From: Candidatus Omnitrophota bacterium
GTDB lineage: Bacteria; Omnitrophota; Gorgyraeia; Gorgyraeales; Gorgyraeaceae
Assembly (NCBI GenBank): GCA_042572045.1
Contig: JBHPFI010000002.1
Coordinates: 28,245-92,244 of the forward strand
Reading direction: 5' to 3'
DNA: 64,000 nucleotides
Of the stretch, positions 10,140-19,009 are shown piece by piece. Every line of letters starts with the position of its first letter. Position 1 is the first letter of the stretch. The position numbers and the translations under genes are program-made. The notes beneath the pieces were generated by a model. That model worked only from the letters and a program-made list of their open reading frames with translations, was not told the origin of the DNA and searched no databases.

Positions 10140-10994
10140 TTTGGCGAAAATGTAGCCAAGCATTTTGTAAATGAGCCTGGCCGCTGTAAAGTCCGGGGTC
10201 ACTATATCCTTTATAGGACAAAGTTCAACCACATCAAATCCCACCACAGTCTTGTCAGTTATAATATTACGTATGGCCTTTAAAAATTCATACCAGAGCA
10301 TACCTCCAGGCTCAGGCGCGCCTACAGAAGGCATGATTGATGGGTCAAATACATCAAGATCCACGCTTATGTAAATGTTATCTGAAAGACTATCTCTTAC
10401 AGTATTAAACCAATCAGGCGAGCTCAACATGTCTAACATGCTTATAATCTTAATATTTTTACCAGGGAGAATTTCTTTTTCTTCCTTGCTTAAACTTCTC
10501 ACCCCCGCTTCGACTACGTCCGCCATCTCTATAAGGCGCCTGGCAACGCATGCGTGATTATATTTAGAGCCCGCGTAGCTATCTCTCAGATCTCCATGGG
10601 CATCAAAATATAAAATAGATAAATTTTTATGCTGTTTCTTTGCGGCCCCTATTGCTCCAATCGTAATCGAATGCTCTCCTCCTAACATAACAGGGAATTT
10701 ATTCTGCGCAAAAACATCCGAAACCTTTTTCTCTACAACGCTGATCATTTCCTCTGACTTAAGCCCTTCCACCTCAAGGGAAGCCGCGGTATTAATACCT
10801 ATAACGTGTATCTCTTTATTCAACTCCTCGTCAAAAAGCTCCATCTTATCTGATGCGTTCAATATTGCATTAGGGCCGTTTTCAGTCCCTTTTCTATAGG
10901 TCGCGGTCTTTCCGTAGGGGACCGGCAAAACTACTACCTTTGCCTTTTTAAAAGAGGTAAATTTATTATCTGTACCGCCGAAACAAACTGCCAT
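10137..10994 (-). CDS. speB: Agmatinase (arginase-fold ureohydrolase)
   Basis: 285 aa. Mn-ligand motifs GGEHSIT, DAHGDLR and SVDLDVFDP. Its stop codon lies inside a repeat element. Confidence 0.85.
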   Translation of the reverse strand: MAVCFGGTDNKFTSFKKAKVVVLPVPYGKTATYRKGTENGPNAILNASDKMELFDEELNKEIHVIGINTAASLEVEGLKSEEMISVVEKKVSDVFAQNKFPVMLGGEHSITIGAIGAAKKQHKNLSILYFDAHGDLRDSYAGSKYNHACVARRLIEMADVVEAGVRSLSKEEKEILPGKNIKIISMLDMLSSPDWFNTVRDSLSDNIYISVDLDVFDPSIMPSVGAPEPGGMLWYEFLKAIRNIITDKTVVGFDVVELCPIKDIVTPDFTAARLIYKMLGYIFAK

Positions 10995-10997
10995 AAT

Positions 10998-11963
10998 CTA
11001 TCCTTCTAAAACATATTGAAATACAAGCGGGGCCACTATGCTCGCATCTGACTCGATTATAAACCTTGGCGTGTCAATGCCTAACTTTTCCCAGGTGATC
11101 TTTTCGTTAGGCACAGCGCCGCTATAAGAACCGTAGGATGTCGTGCAATCGCTAATCTGACAAAAATACCCCCAAAGCTTACATGCTTTTCCTAAGTCCT
11201 GCCTTATCAATGGTACGACGCATATTGGAAAATCGCCTGCGATACCTCCGCCTATCTGGAAAAATCCCATAGATCCATCTTTTGTGTTTTCCAGATACCA
11301 ATCAATAAGATAATTCATCTGCTCCAACCCGCTCTTTATAAAATTCAAACTCTTAAAACGCCCCAGCTGTAATTCAGCAACTACCCCGTTGGCCAGGGTC
11401 GAATCTTCCCACCCAGGAGTAAAAATAGGTATGTTCTTTTCGCATGCAGCAACAACCCAGCTATAGATTGGGTCTATCTCATAAAATTCTTTCAATTCAC
11501 CGCTGCGTATAAGCTGATAAAAATATTCGTAAGGGAAAAAACTTTTTCCTTCTCGGTCTGCCTTGTCCCATAAAGGATAGAGCTTTTGTCCCAATCTTCT
11601 TATAGCCTCTTTTTCGGGGATACATGTATCTGTCACGCGGTTAAGATGGTCGTCCTTAAGCCCTAATTCATCTTCGGGAGAAAGATTTCTATAATGGGGG
11701 ATCCTTTTATAGTGGCTATGGGCGATTAAATTAAACATGTCCTCTTCCAGGTTCGCTCCCGTGCAACACATGCCGCGAATCTTGTCTTTTCGTATCATCT
11801 CGGCAAGAGAAATGCCTATCTCAGCTGTGCTCAATGCGCCGGCCATGGTAAGAAACATCTTGTTGCCTTTTTTAAGATGCTCTACCCATGCTTCTCCCGC
11901 ATCTACTATAGCCGCGGCATTAAAATGCTTGAAATTCTTCTTTATAAAATCCCTTACGCTCAT
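10998..11963 (-). CDS. Deoxyhypusine synthase-like protein (possible homospermidine synthase type)
   Basis: 321 aa. TGANLEED and GGGIAGDF motifs, and a C-terminal SYSGAVPNEKITWEK region matching the DHS pattern (DGS.SGA..EA.SWGK). Directly upstream of speB. Confidence 0.75.
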   Translation of the reverse strand: MSVRDFIKKNFKHFNAAAIVDAGEAWVEHLKKGNKMFLTMAGALSTAEIGISLAEMIRKDKIRGMCCTGANLEEDMFNLIAHSHYKRIPHYRNLSPEDELGLKDDHLNRVTDTCIPEKEAIRRLGQKLYPLWDKADREGKSFFPYEYFYQLIRSGELKEFYEIDPIYSWVVAACEKNIPIFTPGWEDSTLANGVVAELQLGRFKSLNFIKSGLEQMNYLIDWYLENTKDGSMGFFQIGGGIAGDFPICVVPLIRQDLGKACKLWGYFCQISDCTTSYGSYSGAVPNEKITWEKLGIDTPRFIIESDASIVAPLVFQYVLEG

Positions 11964-12037
11964 AGCAAAGTCAGTATAACATCTGTTTTTTGGATTAACA
12001 AGGCAAAACTATTGTTCTGTATCATTCGAACAGAATA

Positions 12038-13777
12038 CTAGAAGTCTATTGTTCGAGATTTAGTCTTGAACAAATATACTGTCCCCACGTCATATAATGG
12101 GCCGTTATATAATTCTATTATATCCTTACCTGAGGACCTTATAAAATCCCGCATGGCCCTGCCATCAGGGTGGCTATCCAGCTTGCCCACAAAAAATACA
12201 AATCTATCATCTACGCCTGATGAGCCTCCTATAAATCCTGTTTTATACCCAGGGAGTTTTACATGGCCGGGCTCTACAAGAAGCGCCTCGCCTTCGTTTC
12301 TTTCCCACGTGTCTTTAATCTTTCTGTCTGAAGTGATTATACGTTTTTTATCAACAGGTACAATAGAGCACTTTGTATAGCCCTGTGTAACAGCAATATA
12401 TTTACACTTAAATTGCTTAAGGCCCTTTTCCATCCTGCCTTTATAGTGAATTATATATCCGTCTATATTACATGCGTTATAGATTATATCCTCTGGGTAA
12501 ACTGCCGAGACGATTCCCTCCCCTTTTAAACACTTATATCCATTCTGCGCCAAAAGGGCTGCTATGCCCTCTAAACTCGGCTCATAGATGATTCGGTTCT
12601 TGTATTTAAAAAGCATCATATCAACATGGCCTTTTACAGGCCCCTGGAGCTTATCATGCAGAGGCGCCTCCGCAACATAATAATTCAACCTTTTCAAACG
12701 ATCCTTTGCCTCTAAAGGCATTCTGGGATCCACAAGCGCTATGTCCCTTCTTACATCTTTTATTTTTATTCTCTTCTCAACCCTGTGGCAGGGATCGCCT
12801 AAACGCTTCTCATTACCTTTATATAAAATACGTACGCTAAAACACTTTTCTAAAAATTCTTTTTCTGCCGCCTTATGACCCGATATAAAACTAAACATGT
12901 CTTTCGGGGCCTGAATTTCTATATGCGAACGATTCGGAACATATTTATCCTTAACGATATCCCTTATCTTGTTGCGCATTTGACGGCTGCGAACCATTTC
13001 TCCAAATGCCGGGTGGTACGGCCCTCCAAGCACGGCCTTTGCTGAATCAAGGGCCTTGGAGGGATGAAGACCTATGCGTATGACTTTGACGCCGCTATTT
13101 TCAAAGATATCACTGATCTCTGCGGCCCACTCTATTGCCTCATCCAAAGAAAGAGGCCTGTATTTTCCCGACCGAAGATAATGCTCAAGCTCAGTCCCTC
13201 TTAAAACAAGCGCTGGATAGATCCTGGCTGTTTCTGGCTTCAGCTCGATAAGCGTCTTTACGGTTTGTATGGATTTTTTAATTGTGTCGCCTGGCAAACC
13301 AAGCATTATCTGAACGCCCAGCTCTAGGCCTGCTTTTCTAATACACCTGCTTGCTCTCCTAACCGCCTTGAGACTTGTCTCTCTTTTTATCTTCTTTAAA
13401 ACTGCCCTATCAAGGGATTGCACGCCCAGTTCAACGCTACAGCCTCCCTTTCTCTTGAATCTTTTCATTGATTTATCAGACACTGCTTCCGGATGCGTGG
13501 ACATACGTATACCATGAATAATCCCTTTTTTTACGTAAGAAAAAGCAGCCTCGAGATATTTCTCCTGCAACCTATCAGGTAAAAATGTAAACGTGCCCCC
13601 AAAGAAAGCAACTTCTTTTCTTTCATCCTCGGCCATGGTTCTTAGATTGCGCCTGATAACCGAATGCATTTCTTTGAGCGTTGGCGCGCTGACAGAACCT
13701 GAGATCCTGTGCTGATCGCAATATACACACCTATAAGGGCATCCTGCGTGGGGAATAAATATAGGAATGACTTTCAT
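12038..13777 (-). CDS. ELP3-like radical SAM domain fused to an uncharacterised C-terminal domain of about 235 aa
   Basis: 579 aa. N-terminus IFIPHAGCPYRCVYCDQ (CxxxCxxC). The C-terminal half (from about aa 345) has GHVDMM, TSDRKI and GFIGGSSG motifs of no fold I can assign. Confidence 0.65.
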   Translation of the reverse strand: MKVIPIFIPHAGCPYRCVYCDQHRISGSVSAPTLKEMHSVIRRNLRTMAEDERKEVAFFGGTFTFLPDRLQEKYLEAAFSYVKKGIIHGIRMSTHPEAVSDKSMKRFKRKGGCSVELGVQSLDRAVLKKIKRETSLKAVRRASRCIRKAGLELGVQIMLGLPGDTIKKSIQTVKTLIELKPETARIYPALVLRGTELEHYLRSGKYRPLSLDEAIEWAAEISDIFENSGVKVIRIGLHPSKALDSAKAVLGGPYHPAFGEMVRSRQMRNKIRDIVKDKYVPNRSHIEIQAPKDMFSFISGHKAAEKEFLEKCFSVRILYKGNEKRLGDPCHRVEKRIKIKDVRRDIALVDPRMPLEAKDRLKRLNYYVAEAPLHDKLQGPVKGHVDMMLFKYKNRIIYEPSLEGIAALLAQNGYKCLKGEGIVSAVYPEDIIYNACNIDGYIIHYKGRMEKGLKQFKCKYIAVTQGYTKCSIVPVDKKRIITSDRKIKDTWERNEGEALLVEPGHVKLPGYKTGFIGGSSGVDDRFVFFVGKLDSHPDGRAMRDFIRSSGKDIIELYNGPLYDVGTVYLFKTKSRTIDF

Positions 13778-13827
13778 AGTTGCCTCATATGCAGCTGTCC
13801 AAGGTTAAGCCTTGAATATCCTTAAAG

Positions 13828-14085
13828 TTATTTCTTATTGTGGAACAGGAGTGTACAAAAAGTTACGCAACTGAAGAAAAACAAATTAAATATAGCAAAG
13901 ACCTTCCAGACAATAAAGTCACTCTTTAAGCCAGAAGGGAGTATCGCTACAAGACAGATCCATACCCCGACCGCCCAGTAAATACTAATATCTTCTGATG
14001 AGCGCCTTTTTATTATCCTCATGATAAGAGGTATATTCCATAAAGGCAAAATTATAGAAGCTACCAATGCTATATTGTCTATCAT
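13828..14085 (-). CDS. Small 3-TM PQ-loop/SemiSWEET-like membrane protein
   Basis: 85 aa from Met17 of the track ORF; the longer form would overlap fba. Three hydrophobic helices and an IPLIMRIIKRRSSEDIS segment resembling the PQ-loop motif with PQ changed to PL. Confidence 0.5.
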   Translation of the reverse strand: MIDNIALVASIILPLWNIPLIMRIIKRRSSEDISIYWAVGVWICLVAILPSGLKSDFIVWKVFAIFNLFFFSCVTFCTLLFHNKK

Positions 14086-14104
14086 AGTATATTTTATGGG
14101 CCTT

Positions 14105-15079
14105 TTACGCCTTACCGGCGCTACCAAGCACATGTTCGTTTTTGTGCTTATACATCTTTATCAGCTCTTCCCTGGCAGGGCCTAAATATTTTCGCGGGTC
14201 GAATTCTTTTGGAGAATTGGCAAAAACCTCTCTTATCTTTGCTGTTACTACGAGACGGCCGTCGCTGTCAATATTTATCTTGCATACAGCTGAATGCGTG
14301 GCCTTTCTTAACTGCCCCTCAGGAACGCCTACTGCGTTCTCAAGTTTGCCGCCATATTTATTTACAGCTTCTATGTATTCCTTAGGGATAGAGCTTGACC
14401 CATGTAAGACTATTGAAAATCCGGGCAATCTTTTCTCAACCTCTTCGAGTATATCAAAGCGCAATTCCGGCAACGACTCGCCAGGGGTTACCTTAAATTT
14501 ATAAGCGCCGTGTGAGGTACCTATAGAAATAGCAAGGCTATCAACCCCTGTCTTTGAGACAAATTCCTCTACTTCTTCCGGCTTTGTATAATGCGTCTTT
14601 TCGTGGCTCACCTCGTCCTCTATTCCAGCCAAGACGCCTAGTTCGCCTTCCACAGTCACATCATGCTTGTGGGCATATTCAACGACCTTTTTGGTCAAAC
14701 TAATATTGTCCTCGAAGCTATGCCCGGAGCCATCGATCATAACAGAAGAAAAGCCCGACTCTATACATGAAACACAGAGTTCGTACGTATCACCATGATC
14801 AAGGTGAAGGGCAACCGGTATCTTAGAACCAGCGGCCTTTATTATTTCGAGCGCGCCCATTGCCATGTGTCTCAGCAAAATCTGATTGGCGTACTTCCTG
14901 GCGCCCTTTGAGACCTGCAATATAACAGGAGAATTTGTCTCTATACAGGCAGTTATTATTGCCTGGAGCTGCTCCATATTGTTAAAATTGTAGGCTGGGA
15001 CCGCGTATTTTCCAGCCATTGCCTTTTTGAACATCTCTCTTGTATTTACCAAACCCAACTCTTTGTACGAAATAGCCAT
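14105..15079 (-). CDS. fba: Class II fructose-bisphosphate aldolase
   Basis: 324 aa. NFNNMEQ, LHLDHG and HGSSS motifs of class II FBA. Confidence 0.9.
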   Translation of the reverse strand: MAISYKELGLVNTREMFKKAMAGKYAVPAYNFNNMEQLQAIITACIETNSPVILQVSKGARKYANQILLRHMAMGALEIIKAAGSKIPVALHLDHGDTYELCVSCIESGFSSVMIDGSGHSFEDNISLTKKVVEYAHKHDVTVEGELGVLAGIEDEVSHEKTHYTKPEEVEEFVSKTGVDSLAISIGTSHGAYKFKVTPGESLPELRFDILEEVEKRLPGFSIVLHGSSSIPKEYIEAVNKYGGKLENAVGVPEGQLRKATHSAVCKINIDSDGRLVVTAKIREVFANSPKEFDPRKYLGPAREELIKMYKHKNEHVLGSAGKA

Positions 15080-15145
15080 TAATCTCCCCTTTCCTCAATT
15101 AGCATGCAACATGCCCTGTAGTAGATTGCGTATTCATCCGAGATA

Positions 15146-15173
15146 TTATAGCATTGAATATTAAATTGTAAAT
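15146..15173 (-). promoter_or_regulatory. Sigma-70-type promoter of fba
   Basis: Minus strand TTTACA, a 16-nt spacer, then TATAAT, about 65 nt upstream of the fba ATG. Confidence 0.5.
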
Positions 15174-15309
15174 AAAATTCGACTTCTGCCTGCTTAAGCC
15201 TACGTACTATTCTATGCTGGGCAGGGTAACGTGTAACCTAACATTGAAAGTATTAGATTTTTACATTTTCTGTTTATTTTTCCAATCTTTTGTGGTAGTA
15301 TATTGTGAT

Positions 15310-16698
15310 ATGAAAACTAAAAAGACCAAAAGAAAAGACAGGTTTTATCTGAAGTTTTCTATGGCTGATAAACTGGGTATATGCTTGTTTAGATACCAGC
15401 TGTCTCCAAAAGAAAAGTTCATTGCGGTCAACTCTACCCTGGCTAGGATTTTAGGCCATTCTTCCGAAAAGGAAATGCGGCATCTTACATTCAAATCTCT
15501 CTTTAAATACCCCAAAGACGCGAACAACCTCTTTAAGATTCTAAAAGAAACAAAAGCTATCAAATTTTACGAAACTATCCTTGGAAGAAAAGATAAAAAA
15601 GACGCCTGGGTAGCCATTACTGCATCCCTCGTAGAATCGTCTAGCAACAAAAGACACCTATATATAGAAGGTATTATAGAAGATATTAGCGAACACAAAG
15701 AGTTGGAGGAAAAGTTCGCTTTAGAAAGGGACCTGTTTCAGGGTCTCCTGGACAACCTCCCTGACGCTGTTTATTTCAAAGATAATAAAAATAGATTGCT
15801 GCGGGTCAACCGCTTCTATGCGGAAGGCTTTAAGATGCCGCCTGAACAAATAATAGGCAAAACAGATTTTGATTTCTTCCCCAAAGAGCAGGCGCAAAAC
15901 ATGTTCGATGATGATACGTACGTGTTAAAAACCGGTAATCCTATAATCGGCAAGATTGAAAAAACGCTTCTACCAAACGGGACTTACAACTGCGTAACCA
16001 CCACCAAAATACCTATCCAAAATAAAAAAGGCAGGATTATCGGAACTATGGGCATAACGCGGGACATAACTGCTTATGATCAGACTGAACAAAACAGGCT
16101 AAACATGGTAATGAGCTCATTAAAGGTGCTCGATAAGGTTCTGGAAATAAAAGACCCTTATACCTTTGGACACACGCGTCGAGTATCAATTATTGCTGAA
16201 AAAATAGCGCAAGAATTAGGCTGGAATGAAAACAGAATACTGGGATTAAAGATGTCTGCGGAGCTCCATGATATAGGAAAGATACTCATTCCATTGGAAA
16301 TATTGAATAAACCTGGCAAGCTTTCTGAATTAGAACACAAGATGATCCAGGAGCATGTAAAAAGATGCTATGACATGCTCGAGCCTCATGATTTCCCGTT
16401 TCCCTTACCAGAAGCCATTTATCAGCACCATGAAAGACTTGACGGAAAAGGATATCCGCGCGGCTTAACAGCTGAAAATATTATCCCTGAGGCAAGGGTT
16501 CTTGCTATATCTGATGTCCTGGAGGCAATGACATTTCACAGACCCTATAGAACTGCACTAGGACTGAAAAAGGCTATTCGAGAATTAAAAGAAAACGCCG
16601 GCTCTCTATATGACCAGGGCATGGTAAACATCACCATGGAAATTATCCAGAAAAATAATTTTGAGCCATTTTGGCTAAATCAAAACTCTGCAAATTAA
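15310..16698 (+). CDS. PAS-domain HD-GYP phosphodiesterase (c-di-GMP)
   Basis: HDIGKI and HHERLDGKGYP motifs in the C-terminal half, with two PAS-like regions upstream. The start is uncertain: 15310 (MKTKK) is preferred over the track start at 15214. Confidence 0.8.
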   Translation: MKTKKTKRKDRFYLKFSMADKLGICLFRYQLSPKEKFIAVNSTLARILGHSSEKEMRHLTFKSLFKYPKDANNLFKILKETKAIKFYETILGRKDKKDAWVAITASLVESSSNKRHLYIEGIIEDISEHKELEEKFALERDLFQGLLDNLPDAVYFKDNKNRLLRVNRFYAEGFKMPPEQIIGKTDFDFFPKEQAQNMFDDDTYVLKTGNPIIGKIEKTLLPNGTYNCVTTTKIPIQNKKGRIIGTMGITRDITAYDQTEQNRLNMVMSSLKVLDKVLEIKDPYTFGHTRRVSIIAEKIAQELGWNENRILGLKMSAELHDIGKILIPLEILNKPGKLSELEHKMIQEHVKRCYDMLEPHDFPFPLPEAIYQHHERLDGKGYPRGLTAENIIPEARVLAISDVLEAMTFHRPYRTALGLKKAIRELKENAGSLYDQGMVNITMEIIQKNNFEPFWLNQNSAN

Positions 16699-16734
16699 CC
16701 CTTCCTCCACCAAGAAATCGTCCCGGATTTATTG

Positions 16735-18063
16735 ATGAAGAAAAAAATACTGCTGACAATTCTTCCTGTATATTGGCCAAAGATGCCGCCCATCGGCATA
16801 GGGTATCTCCAATCCTTCCTTCTTAATAAAGGCATAAAGGCGGATGTACTGGATCTCAATAATATTTTCTACAATCTATCGCCGCAGGATCTAAAAAAAT
16901 CGTGGCTTCGAAGCTGCAATGTGTTTCTAGAAAAAAATATCCTTTCTATACTCCGAAATCACATTTCCGAAGAATATAATTCCGCTATAGAGAAAATACT
17001 AAAATATGACATGGTAGGTTTTTCCTGTTTTAAGAGCAATTTAAAAACTACTCTTAAGGTAGTAAAAATACTTAAATCCAGGAAAAACAATATCCAGATA
17101 ATATTGGGCGGGCCTGAGATTACAAGGCAATATTTCAAAACATCCGGAGCGTTTACCGATGAGATAAAAGCCTTTTCGAATCTTATCGTGGCGGGCGAAG
17201 GAGAATTGCCTCTCTTTAACTACATCGCGGAAAAAGATAAAAATCATAAAATAGCAAGCTTCTGCGAACTCGAAAATCTAGAAGAACTTCCCTTTCCGGA
17301 ATACAGAGATATTGACTTGAAAGACTATTCCAGAACAGATTCTATCCCAATACTGTTTTCAAGGGGTTGTTCTAAAAAATGCGCTTTCTGTTCTGAAAGA
17401 CTTCTCTATAAAAGATCTCGCATGCGACCGGTAGAAAACGTAATCGAGGAAATAGCGTATCACAGGGCCAGGAATAAAATAGAATATTTCATATTTCACG
17501 ACTCGATGATAAATTTTAATATCCAGAAGTTAGAAAATCTATGCGATAAGATAATTGAAAACTTTGGTTCCATACGATGGGAGGCCCAGTTATATATACG
17601 CGACGACATGCGGCAAGGTCTCTTGGAAAAAATAAAAAAAAGCGGCTGTTACAACCTCTTCATAGGCCTCGAATCTGGTTGCGACAGAACGCTCCAGAAT
17701 ATGAACAAAGGTTTTACTACCCAAAACGCCATTTTGCTTTTTAAAAAACTGCGCGATGCAGGGCTCCCATTTGGCGTGAGCCTTATCGCAGGTTATCCGG
17801 GCGAAGGAGATAAGGATTTTCAGGAAGGCCTGGATTTTTTAATCCAAAATAAAAAACTTATACCAAAGATAGAGCAGGTAAACCCTTTTACATATTATGA
17901 CGGCACGGATGCTGATAAAAATTTTGACTATGCCATGAATAGCATATCTCTTAAACGCTTAAAGATTTTTATAAATGAGATTAAAAAACACGGCTTTAAG
18001 TACACAAATGCCTTTTTGGGCAACCTCATCGAAAAAAACGATCCGCTGCCAAGCCTGACCTGA
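16735..18063 (+). CDS. B12-binding-domain radical SAM protein
   Basis: N-terminal B12-binding-like Rossmann region, then FSRGCSKKCAFCSE (CxxxCxxC). The track start is a TTG at 16732 and the ATG is at 16735. The stop lies inside a repeat element. Confidence 0.8.
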   Translation: MKKKILLTILPVYWPKMPPIGIGYLQSFLLNKGIKADVLDLNNIFYNLSPQDLKKSWLRSCNVFLEKNILSILRNHISEEYNSAIEKILKYDMVGFSCFKSNLKTTLKVVKILKSRKNNIQIILGGPEITRQYFKTSGAFTDEIKAFSNLIVAGEGELPLFNYIAEKDKNHKIASFCELENLEELPFPEYRDIDLKDYSRTDSIPILFSRGCSKKCAFCSERLLYKRSRMRPVENVIEEIAYHRARNKIEYFIFHDSMINFNIQKLENLCDKIIENFGSIRWEAQLYIRDDMRQGLLEKIKKSGCYNLFIGLESGCDRTLQNMNKGFTTQNAILLFKKLRDAGLPFGVSLIAGYPGEGDKDFQEGLDFLIQNKKLIPKIEQVNPFTYYDGTDADKNFDYAMNSISLKRLKIFINEIKKHGFKYTNAFLGNLIEKNDPLPSLT

Positions 18064-18081
18064 CAAATGTGTCAAGTCAGG
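18054..18081. repeat. Palindromic intergenic element, minimal 28-nt form
   Basis: CCTGACCTGACAaatgTGTCAAGTCAGG. Contains the stop of the B12-rSAM gene, and shares a 17-mer with 30962-30978. Confidence 0.8.
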
Positions 18082-18097
18082 GAGGCATGAGACAAAA

Positions 18098-18955
18098 ATG
18101 ACAGGTCTAAAAACAGTAAAAATCTCGCGCATATTAAATCCCACGTCCATTGACCTGGGCGAGTACGTGATAAACCCGTATATGGGCTGCGAATTTTCAT
18201 GCCTCTACTGTTACGTGAGGTCCAACAAGGTTATAAGCAGGAAACGAGAACCGTGGGGCACATATGTGGACATAAGAATCAATGCCCCTAAATTGCTGGA
18301 AAAAGAAATACTCTTGAAAAAACCATCCTCTGTGCTTTTAGGTTCTACCACAGAGTGCTTTCAGGACGCGGAGAAAAGATATAAAATTACAAAAAAAATC
18401 CTGGAGATATTGAATAGATATAATGTATATTATACTATACTGACGCGCTCCACCTATATAGGAGAGTATATAGACTTACTCGCAAAAGGATTCTGTAAAA
18501 AAATTTATTTCACTATAAACAACTTAGGGCCTTCTATCAAAGCTCAATTAGAGGCAAAAAGTCCGTCTTACGGAGAAAGGTGCGATACAATCAACAGGTT
18601 GATTGAGCGCGGGATAGACGCGGTGCCTTATCTTTCTCCTATCCTGCCATGGGTATCGGATACAAGAGGCATTTTTTCAAAATTTCCAAAAGCCTCATCT
18701 ATTGAATTTGAAGGCTTGAACTTCAGGGTTGGGAATATCGAAAAAATCATAGGTGCTGTATCCTCAGTATATCCCGATCTCAGAACCGGCTACGAAAGAC
18801 TCTCAAAGGACAAGACGTATTATGATGCCTTCTGGAATAGCGTAAAAAAAGATATAATAAAAGAAGCCATAAAGGCAAAAAAGAACTATAATATTTACAT
18901 ACACAGCTTTGGATCATATTTTGCCAATAGATATTCGCATATAAGTTCTAAGTAG
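18098..18955 (+). CDS. Radical SAM protein, SPL / DNA-photolyase-like (COG1533-type)
   Basis: 285 aa. N-terminal YMGCEFSCLYCYV motif characteristic of the SPL-like rSAM group. Confidence 0.7.
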   Translation: MTGLKTVKISRILNPTSIDLGEYVINPYMGCEFSCLYCYVRSNKVISRKREPWGTYVDIRINAPKLLEKEILLKKPSSVLLGSTTECFQDAEKRYKITKKILEILNRYNVYYTILTRSTYIGEYIDLLAKGFCKKIYFTINNLGPSIKAQLEAKSPSYGERCDTINRLIERGIDAVPYLSPILPWVSDTRGIFSKFPKASSIEFEGLNFRVGNIEKIIGAVSSVYPDLRTGYERLSKDKTYYDAFWNSVKKDIIKEAIKAKKNYNIYIHSFGSYFANRYSHISSK

Positions 18956-18956
18956 A

Positions 18957-18990
18957 CCCTGGGGGCTTTGACTGAATTGTCAAGTCAGGG
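18957..18990. repeat. Palindromic intergenic element, diverged left arm
   Basis: CCCTGggggcTTTGACtgaatTGTCAAGTCAGGG. 2 nt after the stop of the rSAM gene. Confidence 0.65.
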
Positions 18991-19009
18991 GAATAAAAAG
19001 TAGCTTGTC

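Noticed and set aside
11081-11100. TGTCAATGCCTAACTT inside the DHS-like CDS and TGACTTGAAAG at 17325-17335 inside the B12-rSAM CDS, both resembling element termini.
   Set aside because: These are only 8-10 nt partial matches without a partner arm, which is within chance expectation for 128 kb of two-strand sequence. They are not counted as copies.
15214-15309. The N-terminal 32 codons of the track ORF for the HD-GYP protein (MLGRVTCNLTLKVLDFYIFCLFF...).
   Set aside because: The region looks non-coding, being AT-rich and containing a TATATT -10-like box just before 15310. The second Met begins a Lys-rich N-terminus followed by PAS sequence. A membrane anchor cannot be fully excluded, so this is noted as an alternative start only.
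18087-18101. A mini-ORF, ATG AGA CAA AAA TGA, whose stop overlaps the ATG of the 18098 rSAM gene (ATGA).
   Set aside because: The only Shine-Dalgarno (GGAGG, 18081-18085) is 1 nt from this ATG, which is too close for initiation. It is 12 nt from the real start at 18098. This is most likely coincidental.
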